DNA of 64,000 nucleotides, taken from positions 41,156,388 to 41,220,387 of the forward strand of contig NC_092670.1 of the NCBI RefSeq assembly GCF_964355755.1, written 5' to 3'. Of this stretch, positions 1-12,800 are shown one piece after another. The number at the start of each line of letters is the position of its first letter. The stretch's first letter is position 1. Position numbers and translations under genes: made by a program. The notes under the pieces were generated by a model. The model worked only from the letters and a program-made list of their open reading frames with translations. It did no database searches and was not told the origin of the DNA. This DNA is from Antedon mediterranea. Its lineage: Eukaryota > Animalia > Echinodermata.

Positions 1-803
1 ACTTTTGTTTTTTACGCTTGGCTGGTCATGTTTGCATGTGACGGCTTCCATGGCGTACCAGGCGAACATCGTGTCCTAGAATCACTCAGAATCACCGCCG
101 CGCAGCGGGTTAATGTTTTTAAATTGGGTATGCTCAAAAGAGGTGCGAAAGTGCAGAACCGCCGGCCTAGGCCTACAAAATTATGTACAACAACGCAACG
201 GTATATCGTATGCTAAAAATATTGAGGAAAATTCCTAGCAAACGAACACTCGTATCGTTGTTAAACGTAAGATAATATAGGCCGTGCCAAAACACAGAGT
301 ACGTCTTTCCATCCCTCAAGGCTGCGCCAAAGCGTCTGTCAGGGCGAGAAATTTATCCGATTATTATTTATTTACACAACAACACAGAAGCCGGCGGCCG
401 GCCCCGCTCATTCAGATGCACGTGTGTGTTTAGCTAAATCCCCGTTAGACTCTACCATTTCCCGCATGTTGTTTTGTTTACACTGACGCACGAGGGAAGT
501 TTATTAAGGCTAAAATATGAAACTACATTAAATCGGAAGACTCTAAAATGCATACATTTTTGATTTCAATAAGATTAAGACGTCATTCATCGAAGATACT
601 ATGTTTCTTTTTAATCTGAAAAGTACACCCCTATCGAAAAATAGACAATCCCGGTAATTAGCCGACCGTCGGCTACGTAGTCGATCGTTTGTGCAGCGCA
701 CAACACGTGATAGTTTGGGTAGACTTCATCATCCATGTGTCGTGTAACGTCTGTCTCTCTGTGCAGTCTACCTCTGCTAACTCCACCTTTTTGAAATAAC
801 AAA

Positions 804-3466
804 TAGTCCAGTCAAAAATCACCCTCACCATGGTATAAGAACGTACCCTAATAAAATTTCATCCGTAGGTTCTACGTATATAGGTAATAACATTTCTTGA
901 TGTTGCGTCTTGCAAAACTTGGCATTTTACGAGAAATTTAGACTTTTATACCCAATTTATAACCGCCTCATGTCGTATTATTGTGTACAGCGAATGCGAC
1001 GAAGCGTGACTGAAATTACGAGACGCCGTTAGCGCCCGTTGAAAAATGCATTAACAAAGCTAAAAACCTACAAAACTAATAGTTTATACAATGATTTAAA
1101 TATAGTTTACAATAAATTGTATAATAAAATACATAACATATAGATAAAACTCAAATATAAACTAAAATATTTACAGATATGTGTTTAAAAATGTACAAAT
1201 CAAAATGGCCTTCCATAAAATAAAGTGCGCCCTCACGAGTCATACTTTTATCGGACTTGTATGGAATGGTTATACAAGGCATTAATATACGAAACCCGAT
1301 GCGATTTGTTAGTTATTGCCTCTGCAAGAGGCAGAGATTATATTTTCACAAATATATTTCTATTTTTTATCATGGAAAAAAGGATTGTATATATTTAAAC
1401 ACATTACAACCTCCAGTCTACCATCATGATGGATTAAGTGAATTGTGCCGTATTGTATATCTGCTAAAGCGTAATAATCTCCTAGTTATCTACCTAGTTT
1501 TATTCTGGACATTCTTTTTTTTTCACAGCATTACTTGTGTGGATATCACAATGCATTATATATTCGCGATTATAGTCAATGTTAATTTGAGTAAGAATCA
1601 TTTTTATATGACAGTCCATTTCGCGTATACGATTTAAATTAATAAAGTCGTCTGAAATATTTTCTTATTGGTTATCCGCAACGAAGTTAATCCTTGTGAT
1701 TGTTAGTTTTGTTTAAGTTTCTTTGAATTGATTCATCCATATCGTATGATGTGTGAGACAATTTCGTCTTTTAGAAAATGTAATCCTGCCACCGAATATT
1801 CTTTATGTTCGAGACGTCTGACGGATAACTTTTACGTTTAATTAACTAATCTTCATCTTCACTTTTTGGGACAATAGCCTACATCTTCGTTTAAAACGTC
1901 ATTTATAAGCAATTGAACAAGCCAACAAATTAAACTACAGTGTTCTTCCAAGCTTTATAAATATTATTCAAATTCATTAAAATGCGTCGGACTCGGCGGA
2001 AAACAATATTTGAAATAAATGCATATAAAAAGTTTTTTTTGTGGACTTTACTTTCTCGTCCCAAGTTAGAACTTTCAGGTCAGGCCGTGGAGATGAACCA
2101 ATCGTTTATGACATGCTTTTGTGTATAAAATGTCCAATAATAATTATCATTGTAGGACTACTCTCCACCAAAAAAACTTTATATTAGAATGTATTTATTA
2201 CGTCACGTCTTAAAAAAAGGAGAATTGGGTAATACTGTATGTTGTCGTTTCTCGCGAATCTTACATCACACTCCCACATCTCACTATCTTTTATTTAGTG
2301 AAATGTGAATGGTGGAAAAACGGGAAAATACGGTAACTTTAGAATACTTTGAATTCTGGAAGACGACGACTTCGAACTTAAAGAATCGTCATGAATGACG
2401 TTTATTGGCTCAAACTTCACACATCGGTACGATGTGGAGGCTAGACGGATTCAGAGAGGATCAAACCGGCAACTCCTCCTCATTGGCAGTGGGGGAAGTG
2501 GTTGGTGGCGGCGGGTGAAAAGGGAAAATGAAAAATGTTGATTTAGACGAATCCCGACCAGCCCCTTTGATACCGGCTCTAAATAATTGTAGGAAAGTGA
2601 AAGGCCTACTTGAGGTAGTATCTTTCGTATAGGCCTACGCGTAATTGATTATCCTTAAATGATTGGTTCTTACTCTAATTAAGATTATAATCGCGAATGG
2701 CAGTTCAAAATATGCAATGCATTGTGATATCCACGCAAGGAATGCTGTGGAAACAAAAATGTCCAAAATAAAACCAGCAGAACTAGTAAATCATTATGCT
2801 ACAGCAGATATACAAATATACACTTTATCCATCATGATGGTATACTGGAGGTTGTAATGTGTTTAAATATATACAATCCTTTTTTCCATGATAAAAAATA
2901 TAAATAAATTTGTGAAAATAAAATATTCTGCCTCTTGCGTAAAAAAAAGGCAATAACTAATAAACCGCATCGGGTTTCGTATATTTATGCCTTGTATAAC
3001 CATTCATATACAAGTCCGATAAAAGTATGACTCGTGAGGGCGCACTTTATTTTATGGAAGGCCATTTTGATTTGTACATTTTTAAACACATATCTGTAAA
3101 TATTTTAGTTTATCTTTGAGTTTTCTCTATATGTTATGTATTTTATTATACAATTTATTGTAAACTATATTTAAATCATTGTATAAACTATTAGTTTTGT
3201 AGGTTTTTAGCTTTGTTAATGCATTTTTCAACGGGCGTTAACGGCGTCTCGTAATTTCAGTCACGCTTCGTCGCATTCGCTGTACACAACAATACGACAT
3301 GAGGTGGTTATAAATTAGGTATAAAAGTCTAATTTTCTCGTAAAATCCCAAGTTTTGCAAGACGCAACATCAAGAAATGTTATTACCTATATACATAGAA
3401 CCTACGGGTGAAATGTTATTAGGGTACGTTCTTATACCATGGTGAGGGTGATTTTTGACTGGACTA
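804..3466. mobile_element. Non-autonomous DNA transposon with ~640 bp terminal inverted repeats (possibly Academ-like), in a GALNT11 intron
   Basis: 804-1440 is the near-identical reverse complement of 2821-3466. Termini are TAGTCCAGTCAAAAATC...GATTTTTGACTGGACTA, flanked by AAA/AAA. No internal transposase ORF. The superfamily is tentative. Confidence 0.85.
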
Positions 3467-3881
3467 AAAGAGATGCCTGGTACAACGAAACAAGTTGACG
3501 AAAAATGGAGCTTGAAGTAAACAACGTGATAACGAACAAAATAAATGCTTGGAGATCGACAAATGGACCTTTTAGTTGGACTTTATGCTTTCGCCAAAAT
3601 GATTATTTAATTATCTATTTTATCATATGACATCGCCAAAATGGCTAAAGTAGCCGTTTTATTTTTCGCCAATCTAGAAACGTTTTCGCCCATGGCGACT
3701 TGGCGATCGGCCAGTGCGAGCCTAGTTTGGGCACATCACACTTCCTTTGTCAAACTAGTTTGATAGTGTATACAACGCTTAAGGTTGTTTATAATCAAAA
3801 TTATTTTTAAAAGAAATCATAATTAGCCAAAAAAATATGTCCTGTCAAATAAAGCAAATTTTAAGATTTGATTTCAGGTAC

Positions 3882-6800
3882 CTGATTTTTTGGCTTGTAT
3901 TTGGCACATTCACGAAGAACAACACTAGAACCTTTATCCATGACTGAGCCTGATGATTCTAAACACTTTCCTAGCCCAAGGTTCATCAACTGAAAAACAT
4001 TTATACATCACATTATACCACATTATTTAATCTGTTTCACATTGTTTCATTATTATCACTATCGGAAAACAAGGATTGGATGAAGCAAACTGCGCTTAAA
4101 GATGTATTGTCCTCCAAAACAAACAAAATAAAGGTAATGTACAATAAAATCTAACTTTGAATAGGCCAGTTTTATTGGGTAAATAAGTGCATTACTATTA
4201 TGTGATATTAAAAAGGCCTATTAAAAAAAACTGGTTTCATTATTTTTCACAACATCTTTAATATCAAATCCAATAAACTGTCACACCTGTTTTATAAACT
4301 GTCACACCTGTTTTATAAACTGCCACACCTGTTTTATAAACGGTTACACCTGTTTTATAAACTGCCACACATGTTTTATAAACTGCCACACCTGTTTCAT
4401 AAACTGTCACACCTGTTTTATAAACTGTTACACCTGTTTTATAAACTGCCACACATGTTTTATAAATTGTCACACATGTTTCATAAACTGTCACACATGT
4501 TTCATAAACTGCCACACCTGTTTCATAAACTGCCACACTTGTTTTATAAACTGTCACACCTGTTTTATAAACTGCCACACCTGTTTTATAAACTGCCAAG
4601 CATGTTTTATAAACTGCCACACCTGTTTCATAAACTAAACTGTCACACCTGTTTTATAAACTGTTACACCTGTTTTATAAACTGCCACACATGTTTTATA
4701 AACTGCCACACATGTTTCATAAACTGTCACACATGTTTCATAAACTGCCACACCTGTTTCATAAACTGCCACACCTGTTTTATAAACTGCCACACCTGTT
4801 TTATAAACTGCCACACCTGTTTTATAAACTGCCACACCTGTTTCATAAACTGTCACACCTGTTTTATAAACTGCCACACATGTTTTATAAACTGCCACAC
4901 CTGTTTTATAAACTGTCAAACTTGTTTTATAAACTGCCACACATGCTTTATTCATGTTCCGCCTAAATCATAATAAATTACCAACTCAATTTTACTCCTA
5001 TTTTCAAAATTGTAATCATTCTTACAACACCAGATCTTCAACTGCAAAAAATCTGATATACGAAAAGCATACCATATTACTTAGAAGAACATCTTTTATT
5101 TACAATGGACCGTATATATGGAACAACTTACCGCTCAATCTAAAAGCAATAACCATCATAAATACATTTAAAACAAAATACAAACAAACACTTTTTTCAA
5201 ACTATTTAGAACATTAGTAATTCACAATTGCCTTAAGACTGTTTTTTTTTTCTTTTTTGTGCCTTTTGTTTAATTTTATTTGTCAATTTGACGAAAGAAA
5301 GAAGTTTATTTTTGTTCTCTCACTTAAATTAAATAATTAAATATATTAATTATCTGGAGGACCAAACTTAAAGCCTTGGCTTAATGCGTCCTCCTCACAC
5401 AATTGTTTTTATTAATTTATGTTACTGTTCTATATTATTGTATTGTGTGAAACAATAAACTTGAAACTTGAACTTTATAAACTGTCACACCTGTTTTATA
5501 AACTGCCACACCTGTTTCATAAACTGTCACACCTGTTTTATAAACTGCACACCTGTTTCATAAACTTACCTGTCCTTTTTGTTTTGGTACCATTACTTTC
5601 TTCTTAGGTCTTACAAATGGCTTAGGATTGCTATCAGTTGGTAATGCTAATTCAGGATAGACGTTATCTAGGTACCATTTAAATGGCTTACACTGTAATC
5701 GTTGCCTTAAGGCCACTCTGCTGCTTATATCACCATACTGAATTTTACGTGCATTAGGCTTAACATTATAAAAATGTTCCTGCAATTTCAATATATGTAA
5801 AAGAATCAATATTTGACTTTAATCTATTTTATACATGAGCAGTGTTGCAGCAATTATTACTGTAAATTAATGTTTCCATCTTACCTTGAATATGTTCAAT
5901 CTTAAATTGAATGTGAATAGTTTTGAATACATTATTATGTTGCAGGCCTTGTCTTTTGAAAATTACATGTGTGCTACAAATTGCACTCCTTAACACATTC
6001 AGGGGGTGCTGTATGTGTGCTGTTTGTATCTTGGTAGGTAGAAGATTATCAAATTTAAGTGTGTTGTAAATCACACTTCTCAAGGGCAGTTTAGGAGTGT
6101 TAGGTGAGTGATCGAACCCCCACATCTCAACAAGACAAGGCCTGCTTTTGAACGTCACATGTCTACTTGCTTATATATACAAGAATCTGTAATAAGTGAG
6201 GAATAGTAATGCTAAAACAATTCCTCATACCTTGTATTCATCCATCCAAACTTCAGCAACTCGAATCGAATTCTTTGTTGTTGTGTCGCCTCCTTTTGGT
6301 GAGCCATACGGACGACGTTTGCGAAATACGTGACCGACCCGAGAACATGGAATTATCTCAAGTATACCTCCACATTGCCATATCTGTTGATGAAGAATTA
6401 TAAAAAGATATATTCAAAATATCTAAACAAAAGGTATATATAAAGATTTCTACTGTATAATGAAATATATAGATATATATGATCTTTAAAATGAGCCAAA
6501 CTTACTCTGAAAGAGATTTCCAGATTTTCCCCACCCCATATATCCATGCCGTCATCATAAGCACCTAACTCATAGAAATATGATCTATCCATTGCAAACA
6601 GTCCACCAGCCATTGTTGGAGACCTGTCATAAGCACAAACAAATTATAGAAAAGAGGGATAATTTTTTGATAATTAATTTTTACAAATTTTAATGTAGCC
6701 TTTGTCACAATAATAACTAAATTACATGACTAAATTTTGTAATTCATTTGTTTCAAAAAATAAACTCATCTAACTGGCCGAATAAGAGACTGTTTTTTTT

Positions 6801-9800
6801 TTAATAATCCAATCACATATTATCCCACTTAAAGTGTAACCCCCAGTTAAATCTACCCTTCACCAAGGGTGACGTCGTGTAAACTCACCTAACTGGCCGA
6901 ATAAGAGATTGTTTATTCCTATAATCCAATCTCATATTATCCCACTTAAAGTGTAACCCCCAGTTAAATCCACCCTTCACCAAGGGTGACGTCGTGTAAA
7001 CTCACCTAACTGGCCGAATAAGAGATTGTTTATTCTTATAATCCAATCTCATATTATCCCACTTAAAGTGTAACCCCCAGTTAAATCCACCCTTCACCAA
7101 GGGTGACGTCGTGTAAACTCACCTAACTGGCCGAATAAGAGATTGTTTATTCTTATAATCCAATCTCATATTATCCCACTTAAAGTGTAACCCCCAGTTA
7201 AATCCACCCTTCACCAAGGGTGACGTCGTGTAAACTCACCTAACTGGCCGAATAAGAGATTGTTTATTCTTATAATCCAATCTCATATTATCCCACTTAA
7301 AGTGTAACCCCCAGTTAAATCCACCCTTCACCAAGGGTGAAGTCGTGTAAACTCACCTAACTGGCCGAATAAGAGATTGTTTATTCTTATAATCCAATCT
7401 CATATTATCCCACTTAAAGTGTAACCCCCAGTTAAATCCACCCGTCACCAAGGGTGACGTCGTGTAAACTCACCTAACTGGCCGAATAAGAGATTGTTTA
7501 TTCTTATAATCCAATCTCATATTATCCCACTTAAAGTGTAACCCCCAGTTAAATCCACCCTTCACCAAGGGTGACGTCGTGTACTCAAATGTGTCTGCAT
7601 TAATGATATCAATGATTGGTACTGTGACAGTCGTCCTGTCCTTTTGTATTTCTGTTAACAATGGTTCCAGCCATTTCACATTCACCTACAACATGAAACA
7701 TTAATGGTTTGAATCATTAATGTTGAACCAATTCTCGTAAGGACAAGCAAATAAATAAATGACATGCTATTGATAGTTGTATTCATAATTACAAGCAATT
7801 ACCTGGATTGCCTTGATGTAGTTACTGAATGCCAATATGGATAGTATTATTTATTGTACCATTTGTTAGAGTTGTTATCATTAAAGAGATAAACACATGT
7901 TTCTATATTTAGATGCAAAGCATACATTTGAAATACAAATTGTTCTTTGTGGAAAGGCTTTATGGATTTCAATTAAATTTTAAAATAAATATTTTATAGA
8001 TAATTCCTTAATTTATGAGTTTTTTATATGCATAAAACATTTAAAATCTTATAAAATTTGTAATACAACATTACAACAGATTTTCAGAGCAATGGCCGTC
8101 TAAAAACATAAGCACCTGACCCGTAGCATTAGCCGCGCCAACCATACGTCCTCTAATTAATATATTGACACCACAACTTACCTCGCAATGGCCGTCTAAA
8201 AACATAAGCACCTGACCCGTAGCATTAGCCGCGCCAACCATACGTGCTCTAATTAATATATTGATACCACAACTTACCTCGCAATGGCCGTCTAAAAACA
8301 TAAGCACCTGACCCGTAGCATTAGCCGCGCCAACCATACATGCTCTAATTAATATATTGATACCACAAATTACCTCGCAATGGCTGTCTAAAAACATAAG
8401 CACCTGACCCGTAGCATTAGCTGCGCCACCCGTAGCATTAGCCGCGCCAACCATACGTGCTCTAATTAATATATTGATAGCACAACTTACCTCGCAATGG
8501 CTGTCTAAAAACATAAGCACCTGACCCGTAGCATTAGCCGCGCCAACCATACATGCTCTAATTAATATATTGACACCACAACTTACCTCGCAATGGCTGT
8601 CTAAAAACATAAGCACCTGACCCGTAGCATTAGCTGCGCCAACCATACGTGCTCTTATTAATCCCTCACGCTTCTGGTTATGGATAACACGTACAAGTGG
8701 TGCTAAATTACTCCCAACGTAATCATCTAATTGCTTCTTCAAATCAACTTTGAAAACAGAAAAAATATTAATAATCATTTACAATTTAAATGATGATGGA
8801 TTGCTGATAAAGAAATTCACAATTGAAGATATCACAATGACCGCAAGTGTAGACTAAAAATCATTTTGAAAATTTTTCTTTTTTTTTCTATGGAAGTGAC
8901 TTTATTAAAACTACAAAATAACATATTCATAGTCTGATTTTATTAATCTTCATTTTTCATGTTTTTGGGGGCCAATATATCTTTAACAATATGTTGACAA
9001 TGATGATAATGTTAATAACTTGTATACAACTAATATTATTAATATGTTGACAATGATGACAATGTTTACTTGTTGCATACAACTGTACTAATAACAAAAC
9101 GTTGACAATGTTAATGCTTAAGCACCTAAAGGGCCCGAAACCGCCCTGCGTATTAACCTAAACCGCCCTGCGTATTAACCTAAACCGCCCTGCGTATTAA
9201 CCTAAACCGCCCTGCGTATTAACCTAAACCGCCCTGCGTATTAACCTAAACCGCCTTGCGTATTAACCTAAACCGCCCTGCGTATTAACCTAAACCGCCC
9301 TGCGTATTAACCTAAACCGCCCTGCGTATTAACCTAAACCGCCCTGCGTATTAACCTAAACCGCCCTGCGTATTAACCTAAACCGCCCTGCGTATTAACC
9401 TAAACCGCCCTGCGTATTAACCTAAACCGCCCTGCGTATTAACCTAAACCGCCCTGCGTATTAACCTAAACCACCCTGCGTATTAACCTAAACCGCCCTG
9501 CGTATTAACCTAAACCGCCCTGACTTTTATACACGATGTAGCTCTCGTTCTACGAAGCCTAGCAACAAATCAAAAACAGTGACTTAATGCTTGGAAAATC
9601 CCCTTTTAGAATATGACATCTTTTGTAGCTTCTTTTATTTATTTTATTTATTTCAACTTTATTTATAGAGGGTAACCCTTCCAGCTGAACCCGCAGGTCA
9701 GCTGATATCCAGGGGCCCTCTTCTATTTGACAAAGCGACGTAATTTCCGTTCAAAGTTCAGAGGTTGGATCTATTGTTTTTGTTTGAAAAAATCATTCGC

Positions 9801-12800
9801 TGGAATCGCATGAACGCGCAGCAAGCTCCCGATTTCTTAGAGAAAGAAGGGTTTTTTAGTCAAAATAACGATTTAGATTTATCTGCCAATAGTGATATCG
9901 ATGTTTCACAAATAAATAGTATATTATGCTATTGAAATTAGTAAATTTTAGGTCATAATTTATTATTTCAAGCCTAGCTAGGCCAGCCTTCAATTGGGAG
10001 AAAACATGCAGCCTGTCAACCAGGCTACGAATGAGATAGGCTAGTTTGTCTAGCCCAGGCCTAGGCCTAATACCATCAATGAGATATGCTAGTTTGTCTA
10101 CCCAGGCCTAATACCGTCAATGAGATAGGCTAGTTTGTCTAGCCCAGGCCTAGGCCTAATTATACCGTCAATGGTCATGATTATAATGTCAAATGTTGAC
10201 AAAATTTATGTTACCAGAAAGGTAATTTAGTATTCTTTTAAATAAATACAACTTGTAATGCAAACTTTTATGAACAAGAAAAAAAATTGTATTTTGTTTG
10301 TAATTAATAGTCTCTGATTTCGGGTGTCACGAAACCTAAGACCACGAAAGCTAAGACCCCCTAAGACCTAAGATCACGAAAGCTAAGACCCAAGACCTAA
10401 GATTACAAATATTTATCTTTCGCACCTGCCTTGTATTTTAACTTAACTCCCAACATTTATTCTGAATACCACACCTTAGAATTGGCACTTTTATGAAAAA
10501 GAATCACATAAAAAGTAACAAATAAATTTTTAAATTGATGATTTTACAGACGTTTTTCTCGCACACAAACTGTTTGCGAATTTCGCATGACTAGCCTACA
10601 GTACAGTAGCAGTAGGCCTACCATGTTCAATGTTTTTGTTTCTATGGAACGTCAACAGAGCAAAAATTATATAGAGGGCTGAAAACTCTGTGGAGTCCAT
10701 CTACAGTGTGGATGGAACAATGTAAAATTGTAATTATAATAGTATAATCATGCAAGTACGAAGAAATAAATACTGGCAAATAAATTTTAATTTAAAAATC
10801 ATGATTTGTTTCGTTTTCTTTCTGTTTTTATACTTGTACTATTATTGTTGCTCTTTTGGCGCTCCATAGAAACAAAAACATTGAGCATGGGGGGAGCTCG
10901 AGGAGTTACAGTATATAAAGAAACATGTCTGTAAAATCATCAATTTAAAGGATTTATTTATTTGTTTTTATGTGTTTCTCCATCTGAAAGTACTTATTTT
11001 ATTTATTTTATTTTATTTTTATTTTATTAATTTTAGCAATTAAAACAATACACAGACTTTGAGTGTGCCAAGGAGTGGCAAAAGAGGTCGAAGGACCACT
11101 GTCGCCATAAGGCGTGCCACACCAGCACTCAAAGCATACAATAAAACATAAAACAATGTAAATAAGTAATATAAATACTATGATTATATACATTATAAAT
11201 CCTAATTTTAAAGTGTGGTATTCAGGATAATGTTAGTCAACAAATTTGGAGTCAAAATACAAGAAAGGCAGGTGCGTAAGAAAAACATCCTCTGAACCAT
11301 GGAGTCTTTACTCCATGTCTGAACCAACACAATGGAGTAAATATATACCAACAAACAACCCGTCAAGTTTGTTTGTTGTAAAGAAAAAATATACATTTAC
11401 TCAACGGGCAAAAATAATGTGAGTTTATCTATGTTTTGCGGTAGTATTTAATTATATTTATGGTAATAAATGAAACCTACTGTGTTTAAAATTATGTATG
11501 GATAATTGTTTTTAAGCTGTAGTATATCTTAGAATTTGTAATCTTAGGTCTTGGGTCTTAGCTTTTGTGATCTTAGGTCTTAGGGGGTCTTAGCTTTCGT
11601 GGTCTTAGGTTTCGTGACACCCCTCTGATTTCTTATATATTTAAATAATTGTAGAGGAAGAAATATACTGTACAACATTACATTATTGCTTTAGGTGCTA
11701 AGGGGTTAATAACTTGTATACAGTACAACTGGTATTAACAAAATGATGACAATGCTTTAGGTGCTAATGGGTTAATAACTTGTATACAATACAACTAGTA
11801 TTAACAAAATGATGACAATGGTGATATTTTGCATACAACTGATATTAACTAGATCAACAGGTTGACTTACCACGATCGCTAAAATCATCTACTAGAATAA
11901 TCTCTTGTAAAAGAGAGTGTGGTGTTCGATCAAGTACGCTATATACAGTACGTAGTAAAGTTGACCAGGCTTCATTATAAAAACAAATAACTATGCTTGT
12001 TTTTGGCAATGTAGTTGGGTAACTTAAACTTGAGCACCTGCAAAAAGATTAAGCCTTAAGTGTTTATAAAAACCTTTAAGTTTGGTAATAACAGAATAAA
12101 CATGATTAAAATGACAAAAATGATAATTCTTATAAGATCATGATAATGCAAGATACTTTATTCATCTTTGTAAAAGAACAAAGAAATGTTGGTTGATAGA
12201 AATTCCAATTAAAAAGATATCTACTGTATAGCACATAAATGATTTAAAAAATGACAAAAAGTAGACTACAGTAGAGTAGAATTTGGCACTGAGCAAGATA
12301 AGATGCACTGGAAATATGTCAATAAATTAGGTAAAAAAAGTCTCCAGAAATGATCAACCAACCATATATTATTTATAACTACAAAGTAATGAATGTTGTA
12401 GTCTGACCATGGACCTAATTTATAGGTCCATGGTGATCAACCAACCATATCATTTATGACTACAAAGTAATGAATGTTGTAGTCTGTCCATGGACCTAAT
12501 TTATAGGTCCATGGTGATCAACCAACCATATCATTTATGACTACAAAGTAATGAATGTTGTAGTCTGACCATGGACCTAATTTATAGGTCCATGGTGATC
12601 AACCAACCATATCATTTATGACTACAAAGTAATGAATGTTGTAGTCTGACCATGGACCTAATTTATAGGTCCATGGTGATCAACCAACAATATCATTTAT
12701 GACTACAAAGTATTAATGAATGTTGTAGTCTGACCATGGACCTAATTTATAGGTCCATGGTGATCAACCAACCATATCATTTATGACTACAAAGTAATGA

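Larger units (their letters stand above)
9115..11705. mobile_element. piggyBac-like non-autonomous element with nested insertions
   Basis: TTAA at 9111-9114 and 11706-11709. Ends are TGCTTAAGCACCTAAAG (degenerate) and CTTTAGGTGCTAAGGGG. Removing the element restores AATG-TTAA-TAACTTGTATAC, matching the neighbouring repeat at ~9008-9027. Confidence 0.7.

Noticed and set aside
4264-4973. Repetitive ORFs (YKTGVAV, HLFYKLP, CHTCFIN) as proteins
   Set aside because: They are translations of a 21-bp intronic minisatellite open in several frames on both strands.
8071-8778. 235-aa ORF as a stand-alone repeat protein
   Set aside because: It is one GALNT11 exon read through into its donor-spanning array.
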